From: Sarea resinae
Lineage: Eukaryota
Assembly: GCA_026026165.1 (NCBI GenBank)
Contig: JAPEUD010000053.1
Coordinates: 124,001 to 179,027, forward strand
Length of the DNA: 55,027 nt
Direction of reading: 5' to 3'
Shown here: piece after piece, positions 26,930 through 38,006 of the stretch
How positions within the stretch are numbered: position 1 is the stretch's first letter
Layout of the letters: each line of letters opens with the position of its first letter
The notes under the pieces: model-generated
Database searches by the model: none
What the model saw: the letters and a program-made list of their open reading frames with translations, nothing else
Told to the model about the DNA's origin: nothing
Made by a program: the position numbers and the translations under genes

Positions 26930-28152
26930 ATGGTCGATCGTCCAAAGAAGCCCTCTGCGATTCCCGTGACTCCTGTCGCTCCTGCACCGCAGGTCAACAT
27001 CTCAACCGACAATGATCGTGTCAGTGCAACGCTTCCCACTGGCGAGTCCGTCGAGGTTCTCCTCTACGGTGCAACAATCATCTCCTGGAAATCTGGGGGA
27101 AAAGAGAATCTGTTCCTGAGTGAAAAGGCACATCTTGATGGCTCGAAAGCTGTGCGCGGTGGCATTCCCGTCGTCTTTCCCGTAAGGAGCTCCCCACCTA
27201 CCAAAGAGGGTTCCAAGTCACTAATCCTTGCCCTCAAAATAGGTCTTCGGTCCACCTCCTGCAAACCATGCCACCAGCTCTCTGGCCCAACATGGCTTTG
27301 CACGAACCTCTCGCTGGGAGTTTCTGGGCAAGTCCACGTCAGAATCGCGCTCACGCGCCAACAGCACGGGCGATGCGGGCGTGACACTGGATTTTGGGCT
27401 ATATTCTTCAAACCTGAGCGACGAGGCGAAAAAGGCCTGGCCTTATGAGTTTGGGCTCGTCTATAGCGTTACGTTGGGAAAAGATGGGCTGGAGACTGCG
27501 GTGAATGTGCGAAATGAGGGAAAGCAGACCTTTGATTTCCAATTGCTGCTGCATACGTATCTGCGTGTCGAGGTGAGCCTCAACTCTGTCTTTCCTATCC
27601 CACCATGATCAAGCTCGGAGACTTGGCGGCATCGCCTGACATGGTAGCTAATGCTACAGCAGGACATCTCTCAAGTCGGCATCTCAGGCTTAGACAAGCA
27701 TAGCTACGTTGACAAAGTCGACAAGGCCGCCATCAAAACCGAAACCGAAAACCCAGTTACCATCACATCAGAGACTGATCGTGTGTACAAATCCCTAGGC
27801 GATGCCACCATCACCGTATCCGAGAAGGGGAAGCCCCGCTTCGAGGTCTTTAGGGATAATTTGGATGACGTTGTGGTGTGGAATCCGTGGATCGAGAAGG
27901 CGAATGGAATAGCAGATTTTGGACCAGAGGACGGTTGGAAAAATATGAGTGCGTTTGAATCCTTTCTATTTCTGATCTCCCTTGCATCTTCGTAATACTT
28001 TTTGATGTTATTCGCGGTTCGAGAAAGATTGGACCGCTGACATAGTCTACCTACTTACAGTCTGCGTCGAAGCGGGCACCGTTTCATCGTGGCAACACCT
28101 CGAAGAAGGTGACACTTTCGAGGCGAGCCAGATCATCAGATCGGTGCTGTGA
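26930..28152 (+). CDS. Glucose-6-phosphate 1-epimerase (aldose 1-epimerase family, YMR099C-like)
   Basis: Introns 27182-27242, 27573-27662, 27949-28060. Motifs GATIISWK, AVRGGIPVVFP, QHGFAR, LLHTYL, ETDRVY, VVVWNPW, MICVEAG. Confidence 0.93.
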
Positions 28153-28534
28153 CTTCCTACGACTGATAGAACCTGCAAGAGCAACCTCTGAAAGGGGCTG
28201 TTGCGTTATGAGACCAGGAGAGACGAACGTGACGAGGGAATGAGAGTGGTTCTATTTTGAGTTTCGGGTGTCAATTGACTGCTCTTTACTGGTCTGGATG
28301 GGATGAGATGAAGCAAGTTAGCATAGAGATAGATGATGCCAGAATTTCTAACATTCACTAGATGGATCGAAGTGGTTAAAATGCTTCACAATACGTTCGG
28401 GTAATGATATCCTGCGCCTAAGCCAAAACACCAACGCTATGCCTATACATTTGCGAGGAAATCTTCTTTAGAACGCCGTCAAATGCTACACAGTCCAGCA
28501 TCGCGATACCCAACGCCTTGAGTTTCCCAACATC

Positions 28535-29727
28535 CTAAGCTTGCTCCATCGTCATATCGCCATCTCCGCCGGCGGCAGAGGCAGCGGCAGCTGTGGCAAT
28601 AGGTAGAGGAGCCGCTTTATCCTTGGCCGCCATTTCCTCACCAATGAAGCAGCCTAAGCCTGAAAAGGCATCGAATAGAGCACGAGCATAGTATTCGTGG
28701 ACGTCATAACCACCTGCCGAGTATTGCGGCTTCGATCGCACCTCCTCTAGCCACGGATGGTCGTAGTAATCCTGTAACACGACATACTCGCGCTCATCGG
28801 TGTAGCCGCCAAACGCATCGTACGGCTTCTCCGGCTCGGCCACGACCGCCTGCTTGAGGCCCTTGATCACAAATGACGAGCCATTATCCGCACCCGCAGC
28901 GCCGCCATTAAGGGATCCTGATGCCAGCGTGGCCTTCTGGTTCTGCTGCTCTAAAAGTAGTTGTCGCTGACGTTCTTCTGCCGTCCGCCGCGCTGTGCTG
29001 CGCTTCAAGACCACGCGCTGGCCCTCCCTTGCGATCGCTTCCGCATCCCCGCCCTCCCCGCTCGCCAGTCTCGAGATAACCTCACGTCTGCCCTCCTCCT
29101 TTTGTCTGCGGTCCTCAACCTCCTCTCGTCTGGCGGCCTCTCGTCTTAACCTCGCCCGCTCCCGCTCAGCCTCCTGCAGCGCCTCCACAGACGCATGTTC
29201 GCTGCTCTCCTTCTTCGCATTTGAACTGATGACCTCCCTGTTCGCGCGCGCATACTCCCGCAACTTCTGCTCCGTCTCCTCGACCTCGACCCCGGTGAGT
29301 AGGTTGTACGTCAACGTCTCGACATCCTCGAGGTAATTGTTCCAGTCGCGCAAGGTCTCGAACTCTTCCTGGCGCCGGTTGAAGACGGCCGAGATTCGGC
29401 GTCGGATGTCGACTTCACGCTCGATGTTTATGTCGTCGAATGTCTGTGGCCGGAACCGCGCTTTGCGGAGCGTGCGGTGGCAGCCAGCTACGGGGCAGGG
29501 GGCGGGACCCGCGGAGAAGATCCGGTCCACGCACGACGAACACATCTTGTGGTAGCATTCCGGGTTAACCAGGAAACGCATGTGTGGGTTGAGGTAGCGG
29601 GATTGTTTGCAAATGGGGCAGGTTTCTAGATTCCTTGTCAAATGAAGTTTCGATGAGACAAGAATCGGATTCGGAGGCATGGCTTACCTTCATCATCGCC
29701 TGGTCGGCGGGGGACTTGAGTCACCAT
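28535..29727 (-). CDS. TFB3: TFIIH/CAK assembly factor MAT1 (RING finger)
   Basis: ATG 29727; intron 29687-29626. RING CPICK..CYHKMCSSCVDRIF..PAPCPVAGC; TFDDINIEREVDIRRR. Confidence 0.95.
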
Positions 29728-30157
29728 AGTCACAGTGAGTATCTATAGATTATACGCAGAGGGAGGCAATAGAACGTGTGATGTTGATATTGAGGCGGAA
29801 GTAGCAGTTTAGAGATGTTTCTTTGTGTGGGAGCTATATGGAGGTGGCCCGAGAGCTCTCAGACATTAGAGCGTAATACTGCAGTCGAGCTCCGATAGTA
29901 ATAGATCAGCAGTGATATGAAATCGTGGCTGGCATGACCTACCTATAAAGCGGCAAGGGACTGTGGCTGACACAGTGAAGATGCATGTCTGCTTAGCGAA
30001 TCCACACCCATTCACACATCGCCGCTTTCATCTCACAGGTGCCCCGCCACAGATTCACCTATTTAAAATCCTCGACGATCTCTCTCCCAGTTTTGGCACT
30101 TCACACGACGCACGCAGACGCACTTAGACGGACGGTAAGGTCTGAGAGAAGACGAAA

Positions 30158-32641
30158 ATGGACGACGCTACGGTCAAAGATAGCTTTCTCGATCTCGAAC
30201 GACACCGTCTGCGATTGGAAGACAATGTCGCGAAACTGCGCAAATCGCTACAGCATTGGCAGACGTGGGAGGCCGAGTATGAGGGTCTAAAGGAAGAAAT
30301 CATCGCCTTCCGTGGGGAACCCTCGTCGGAGGATCTGGTACGTCTGGCCTGATCTTTAGAGAGTCTAAAGGGTCACGCTGATGCTATTGCCTCTTCTCAG
30401 GCTGCTCTTGGCGCCGACTTTGGAGGCACGTTGGTTAATGCCAAAGGTACGCGGATGTTCCTCTGAGCTCAGACTCAGCACATTACTAAGACGTCGCAGA
30501 ATTCAGGGAGCTCTTGGGTGAAGATAAAGGTGTTCCTCGCAGTGCGGAGCAAATCGTCGGTCTGCTTTCGAGACGTCTAGACTGTGAGCTGCCTTGCTTT
30601 TGACCTCAGTGAAAACTCACCGGACAATGAGCGCTGACGAAAGTCACAGACGTGCAACAGAATGTGAGGACCGTTGAAAAGCAGCTCAACACAGCCGAGG
30701 ACCGACTCAATGCTGTGCTTGTAGTGCGCCAGCCGGACATACGCAATGAAGAGGGATTACCATTGATGGAGATACGAGAGGAGTTGGACGAGGATGGGAA
30801 TGTGATTTGTATGTCATCTCTTACAGATTGTGAGCCAGAGTACTGACTGGTGTGAAGCTGGTAATACTTTGGCGGCTGGGAGTGTCGCACCCCAGGTGAT
30901 TGAAGCTCTTCGAAAAGCAGGTGTTACGGATTTCGACAAGGCCGAGGCCCAGGGAAATGCTGCGATCACGAACGGCGAAAAGTCATCAACAGCAGATGAG
31001 GAGAAGCCGGTCAACAAGTCGAAAAGCTCCGCTGAACAGGGCTCTCCAAAGCATGCGCCGTCAACTATTGAGGCTGTGACACCTACTTCAAGGCCACCAA
31101 CGCTACGGAAGAAAAGCGTCACCTTCTCACCAGACACCAAAAGTGGAGATGAGACTCCCTGGAGTCACGCCAAGCACGGAGACGTGGTCAAAGGCCCTCA
31201 ATCGAAGCGACAAGCTATAAATTCGAGCCAATGGACGCGTGTACGAAAGGACCTGGACGATCGCATCAACGAGGACATTCGCGATTTCAGCAGCACTGTA
31301 GAAGAAACTGTCTTCGACAATAGCGACGAAGAAGACGCCAACCCCAAGGTCACGCAGGTAGAAGACATCAACGATCAGCAATCACCGCCGATTGTTCCCT
31401 TGAATGAATCCCCTGAAGATGCAGTCCTCCGCCGTGAGATGCTCCAGTACGGTCTCTCCGAGGTTGGTGCCGTCGTCGCCGAGCTCGATCTTGATGAAAA
31501 CGGTAGCCAGTACTCTGATGACGAGGAAGAATGGGATAGTCACGACGAAGATGACGAGGATGAGGATCGCTTTGGCCGAAGCGTGCGATCTCCGCTCACG
31601 GCTGAGTATCGCGCTGAGATGGAAGCCTTGGAACGAAAGCTGAATGCTCGTATGATGGAAAATGTGGGACCGAAGCCGGAGATTTTATCTCTCGAGGAAA
31701 AGGCCGAGCAGGTCCACCAAGTCCGAATTCAGAGACAGGATGACCAAGCCATAAGCCTGCAGGAGTCATCAAAGCCGAAAAAGAAAGGCGTCAGATTTGC
31801 CCAGGAGCTGAATGTTTCGTCTGAGGAACAGTCGAAAGCCTCGAGAGCAGAAGCGGTAGCACCATCATCTGCGTCTGCAGAATCCACGACCGAATCATCA
31901 GCGCCGCCAATCCAAGATTCCATCGTCGAACGCAAGGCTCCCACTACTGGCACTTTGGGAACGTTTTCGACACCACGCAAACAGTCACGTTTCAAGTCTG
32001 CGCGTTCGGCATCGGAGCCGCACAGCCAACCTAAATCCGAAGCGGGAGCAAAAAATCAGACCGAGAACCGTAGACCTGTTGTTGCCAATGGGCCACTCGC
32101 ACAGGCGGTACTGGAACGTCGCACCCCAAGACTCAAGGATACTTCTCTCCCGCTCTTTCCGGCGTCGACTAAAGCCCCATCCACATTCCCGCTCGAGAAT
32201 ATCTTTCCAACCGCGCCAAGTCTATCTTCGCAAGACACGCCAGAAGGACCACAAGACAAAATTCTCTCGGATCGAATCACCGAACACGCTCCGTCTGCTC
32301 CCATGGCTTCTACCGCTTCCAATGGCAGCATTCCCGAGCCACCAGATGCCGAATCCGCATCGCTAGATCCCGCTCTGCACGCACAAGAGATCGCCGTCGC
32401 GTATCACAAGATGCGTAACAATTTTGTGCACCAATCCGGCGGATTTACCTCTGCGCCTCCTGATCTCGATATCGAAGGTCACGAAGTAGGCCAAGGCGAT
32501 GGAGTTGGTGAGGCTGGAGAGGTAAGGGTGTCATTGGATCACGGCATGGATGACGATCCTACCACCGAGGGGTCCGAGGGTGGTGGCTTGAGGAAAGAGA
32601 GGAAGATGAGCCGATTCAGGGCTGCGAGGTTGGGAAAGTGA
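30158..32641 (+). CDS. BUD27: Bud27/URI unconventional prefoldin-like protein
   Basis: Introns 30338-30400, 30447-30499, 30584-30649, 30809-30857. HWQTWEAEYEGLKEE, EEGLPLMEIREELDEDGNVI, C-terminal KMSRFRAARL. Confidence 0.85.
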
Positions 32642-33869
32642 CGGCAATTTGTCTCGACCGCCTCTCTTTGTCCGCGCGCCACATTGCCGACTGGCTGATT
32701 GGCTGGCTGACGCCTCGACCCTCTCTCTGCCTGGTAGAGCCTGGATCTTGGACCAGGCCGCAGAGGACTGAAAAGTTAGACGGTGCGATTTGTTGACCTT
32801 TTACACTCCTTGTCATCACGACTACAATTGCAAACATAGGTGAATGACGGTCACATGATTTAGGATCCGTACCAAATTCAACATGTTTCGATACTGATAT
32901 TGACTGACCATCAGATCATCGTCGTCGTTATTATCCCGTCCTGCAACATTGTTCGCTCCTCGTCCCTTGTCGTCTCGTGTCGTTTCGGCTTCTTTGGCGT
33001 CGACTCAGCTCCCGTCTGTCTTCATTCATATTCAGTAGGCCGGCTGTTCGTGTGAGACCTCGTCAATTTCCATTTTTCCCAGCCTACCCACCACGCTCGC
33101 CGTTAACCACCCTCCCAACCGCCCTGTCGCCATCCTCCTCCATGCCATTAACCACCCGAAACAGCCGACATCGACGAAATGAAAACATACAATGTCGTGA
33201 AGTCAATGAAACCATCCGCCCACCGTCATCCCTTCCTTCATTCATTCCTCATAGAAAGAAAAAAAGAAGAAAGAGAGAAAAAAAGAACAGAGCGCGATGA
33301 CACCCTTCCTCCCACTTCCTTCCCCTTTCTCTCATTCCCCCCTTCCGAAATACCAAAGACGAAAAAAAAACACATGGAACCAAAAGACCAAAAGACCAAA
33401 TCAAAAAAAAACCGCGATCACACAGCCGGGGCAAGCCGCCCCCCCCCTCATGGCCTGTGATCCGTTCGGCGATAGCCGTGTTCCTAGATGAATTTGCCTA
33501 TTCTCTTTTTTTCTTTCCTCTTTTCGTCTCCTTTCTTTCTAAGAGAATAGGAATTGAAGAATGGAAATCGAAGAGGGAAAAGGCAAAGCAAGGTCTTCTT
33601 TCTCTGACGTCTCTCTCTCTGTCTCCCTCTCTCTCTCTCTCTCTCTTTCTTTCTTTGTTGATAGGGGAATTAGAAATATCTATCTATCTATCTCTTCATA
33701 CGGGTGGGTCTACGATGTAGCCTGTATCAGTAAAGGAAAGGAGAGGAAAGGAAAGAGAGGAGAAGGTGGCGCAAGACTAAGAGAGGGACGTTCGTTGGGA
33801 CCATGTACATTTCCTTTTTTTTATCTTTGGTTCTGTTCTGGTCTTAGTGTAAGTCTTAGTCTGAATCTT

Positions 33870-35245
33870 GTATGAATTATAATTCTTCTTCTTCTTCTTC
33901 TTCTTCTTCTTCTCTTCTCTTCTCTTAGATGTTTAGTCCAAGGAAAGCTGAGCAGCGCAAAATGAGGCGGGGAAAATTTAGGCAAGGGAAAGCCTTAGGC
34001 AGCAGAGGGGGAGAGAACAGGTGCTAAAGAAGAGAGAAATAGAGAGAGAAGAGAGAAGGAAGAAAGGAAAAAAAGAAGGTATTAGAGTCTATAAGAATAA
34101 ACAGGTAGATAGACAGATAGATTTGTAAGTAGCTAGCTAAACAGCATCTACTCTACATCGACTCTATATCTACATCTACTTTATCTATATCTATATCTAC
34201 GTCTCTAGAAAATAATCAAGAAAAAAAAAGAAGAAGAAGAAAAGGATTAAGTCGGAAAACAGTGTTTTCTTTGTTTTGTTTTCTGTTTTCTGGTTTTTTT
34301 TCTCTCTATTTATCTTTCTACCTCTCTCTCTCTCTCTCTATATCTGTGTCACTTTCTGATTTTCAAGTAGAGATAGAGGTACAGAGTAGAGGTATAGAAG
34401 AGTAGAGTGCAGAGTAGAGTAATTAGAGGAAGTAGGTAGAGTAAGAAGTTTAAGTAGACGACTACTACTACAAAGCTATGATATTATTACCTTATATATT
34501 ATAACAACAACAACTACAACAATAAAAACAATAACATCTATATATATTACATACGTATATATTCCTAAACACCTAAACACCTAAACACCTAAACACCTAA
34601 ACACCTAAACACCTAAACACCTAAACACCTAAACACGTACCTATATATATATCTATATATATACAGAGGTAATATAATGTCGTATCTATTATAAATGCAA
34701 TCAATCAGATTGAATCTAATTACAAGGACTGATAAGAAATACTAATGCTAATACTAAGAAGAAGAATAGTAAAGAGAAGAGAGAGAGAAGAGAGAGAAGA
34801 GAGAGAGAGAGAGCGGAAAAGAGATAGAAGTAGCAGATACAGGAGTAGATAAACAAGCTAATCACCTACCTAGTCCCTCAATACCAGTACACACACACAC
34901 ACACATATATATATATACATACATATCAACCAAAATCCTTGCACTCTTTACCTAAGTAGCCATCGACGTATCTTCCTTCCCAACTAGCTTCCTTACCTAG
35001 TAGCTACCTACCTTATCAAACAGGTAAACCTCCCCCGCAATCGAATTCGCCCGACTAGTTTCGCATCGGTTCTGCAATCCGGCTATGATGGATTGAGGAT
35101 CGTGATAGGAGGGATCGAGAGATAGATGTACTTGGAAAGGTAATAGAGGTTTGGATGTATAGATGTGTATATAGATATCGATATAGATATGTAGAGATAC
35201 GATTGAAGGGGGAGAGGAAAAGAGAAAAGAGAAAGACGGAGCTGA
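33870..35245. other. AT-rich low-complexity tract with mixed microsatellites and RIP-like TpA excess
   Basis: No ORFs from 33876 to 35082; (CTT)n, (AG)n, (TA)n and (CA)n runs; many TAG/CTA/TATA trinucleotides by eye. Confidence 0.7.
34564..34635. repeat. Perfect octamer tandem repeat (CCTAAACA)9 = (TGTTTAGG)9
   Basis: Nine exact copies counted. Confidence 0.95.
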
Positions 35246-37702
35246 CTAGAAGCGCTCTCGGTCTCCGGAAGAGCGGACAGTCCTGCCATTGGACGCCGAT
35301 ACCACTAGCTTCCTGTCGTGGGAGATAGCCACGACTGTAACACTAGCCGTATGACCCTCCAACGTTTGGGCTCCAGCTGTTCCTGCGTCCCAGAGCCTGA
35401 CATTGTTATCATCGGACCCTGATGCCACAACCTTACCGTCCCCAGAGACAGCTACGGCGGGAACACTATCAGTATGGCCATACAGCGTGTTCAACGCTGT
35501 ACCCGTCGTCAGGTCCCATCGTCGAACAGTCTTATCCCATGATGCTGATACCACTAGCTTGTTATCACAAGAGATAGCTATGCCTCTGATAGGGAGCGTG
35601 TGTCCGTCAAGTGTTCGTAGCACCGCGTTCCACTCGCTGGGCACCCTCGGTATTTCATGTATGAAACGGGATATCTGGCTTTGGAAGCAGATGCGACCCT
35701 AGGCTGTTTCCCGGTGCAAGGTCAAGAGCGGAAGAATATGTTTGCAGAGGCGCCTCTTCAACGATAGGACGGCAATAGAGAATGAATCGCTGAGCGTCCT
35801 GAATAAAAGCAAGGAGACGGGGACTGTCCTGAGTCTGGGTTCTCGGGTTAATTGAGGAATGACTCGAATTTGGGCTTCACTCACTGCCACCATAAGTTTC
35901 AATGAAGCTATTGCGTGGGCCGCTTCCAGAGTGACTCTCATGAAGCTCAGAGCTTCAAGCCAATGAAGCAGATGCTTCCGCAAAAATTGATGCACAGGCC
36001 CTTCGTCGAGAAGCATAGCGTTCTCGCTCATGTCATTACTGCTTAGTTCAACATGCTGAACCCAATATTGGCAGGCGTATCGCAGTTCTGGAGGTAGCTG
36101 GTCTGCCACGGGCCCGCCTTGAGCCCCTCCCGCAAGGGTACCTGGTGCTTCCAGGTTACATACATCTTGTCCGAGATGCTCGGACATGAGCTGAATACAA
36201 GCATCCGCGATATTACCGTGTGCCTTGGTCTCGTCCACCCAAAAACGTCGATCATGACACCTCTGCTTGCTATGGAGAAATTCACGAAATGAAGGGTGGC
36301 GCACTCCGACAGGATCCCCTGCCCAGTCGGGAACATCCAAAACAGAATGGAGATGCCGTAGCCTCAAATGTACTGTCGTAACATTCACCGATAGTAGCTT
36401 GGAGATGCTCATAGCAGAGAGAGGTTTGAAGGCAGTGACGAGAGTTCCAATGATGTGTCTAAAAAGGGCAGCAAGCTGCTCCGTATCTTGGCTAGTCTTG
36501 ACATCCCTGAACGAATATTTCAGTATCTGAGAATACATTTCGTCAAGGTCTCTGGTTGGAGATTCGTCGGTGATCATCATATCAAAGGCATTTCTTGGCG
36601 AGGAACCATCCTTGCTCTTGCTCAGAATACAAAGGTCAAGAAGGTCGTCAGCCGGCCATTGATTGCTTCCTTTCTCGATAAATGCGCAGATTGTGGCCGC
36701 ATACATGAACCAACCCTGAGCTTTCTCAACGAGGAGTTTGATTTTGTCATCGCCTGGCCAGCTCAATGGCATTGGATACTCCAATGTCTCCCGGACTTTA
36801 TGTAATCTGTGAATAAAGAAACTCGAAATATCATTGTTGACAATAGTCGGCGAGATTTGATCAAGGGCATATTCCAGGTGCCAAACCCCTGGCATATCAC
36901 AAAAGCCAAGACGAACCGGGAGCTCCGGTCTACTAGTGACGAATATGCGCAACCGAATTGGTCCAATCAGTCTGGATTCAGCCAAGAGCTGGAGGATCAT
37001 CTTGACGTCTTTGTCGTTCTCGCACTCGTCCAACGCGTCGATTACAAGGATTAGTGGCGATCGGCATGAATCAGCCATCAAGCTGGAAAGTGGCTGAAGG
37101 ATAAGAAGCTTCCATTGTTCGGCAAGGCTCCGGTCAGATATATCGGTGTGCTTGGATGCCACTGTGCGGATACGTTCTTCCAGTGAAGATGATATACTCG
37201 CCAACTGCATAGCAATAGTGGTGAAGAACTTTTCCGTGTGGCTTCGATCGACAGTTCCTCTAGAGAAGAAAAAACTGGCTCCAAGGCGATTCTGGTCATA
37301 GTATTTCCGCGCTATTGTGCGTGCGATAGTGGACTTCCCTGCGCCTGCTGAGCCGTGCAACCAGAAAATGCATCTTTCATCTTGTCCCTCAGCCCATCTC
37401 ATGATCTCATTGCGGACTTCTGATCGAGTGTTGCTGTAGCAAAGAGGAACATGCTGTCGGATGGCCGCGCCAAAAGACGCCTGGGGAGTACATGGTAGCT
37501 CCTGGAGCGGGCCTTGTTCTAATCAACGCAATTAGCACTCTTAATTCATCTCTTCCCTTCCTGACAGCAGCTGACTGGTAATGAACGTATGTCCATTGTG
37601 AACCCTATTATCATGACCGCTGATCCGATGCCCTTGCCATTGATCCTCAGACCATGTCAGAGGGCGAGATTGGGTTAGCATCGGATCGTTGGGATATGCC
37701 AT
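35246..37702 (-). pseudogene. NACHT-WD40 NLR (NWD2/HET-E-like) with N-terminal amyloid-like motif; frameshifted and truncated in the WD40 region as assembled
   Basis: Exon 1 37702-37576; intron 37575-37519 (GTCAGC..GCTAAT..TAG); exon 2 37518-35885 with Walker A GSAGAGKS, LGASFFF, Walker B LVIDALDEC, FVTSRPE, HPSFREFL, LHWLEALS; intron 35884-35835; exon 3 has a 1-nt frameshift at ~35699-35696 and then about 2.7 WD40 repeats ending at 35246. Confidence 0.85.
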
Positions 37703-38006
37703 CGACGAATATGGCGGTTACGAAAGGAACTGGCACTCTCGACATTGGTGTGATGTCTCTATCAGTGCTGGTGGAGAGGGCATTTGGAGAATATTGCACT
37801 GGATCTTGAGTGGACTTCCCAACATGGTCGTTTCGGCTGAACCAAACGAGGCTGCATATTCAGTCTCGGTCGTGCCGCAGGCCTACATTAATAGTAGCGA
37901 ATTCCCTGTATATATCATCATCACATCTTGTCGTCTTGGCCAGAAACATGACCCTTGCGGGCCCTTTTTGCCTTTGCAGTGCTCGGCTTGGATACACTGC
38001 CGAGAG
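37703..38006. promoter_or_regulatory. Probable bidirectional promoter shared by the NLR and the HET-S-like gene
   Basis: 304 bp between divergent ATGs at 37702 (-) and 38007 (+); inferred from arrangement only. Confidence 0.55.

Noticed and set aside
37689..38006. 106-codon N-terminal extension of the HeLo ORF in the ORF track
   Set aside because: Starts at TTG, overlaps the NLR start, and HET-S homology begins exactly at ATG 38007, where the membrane-inserting helix must be terminal.
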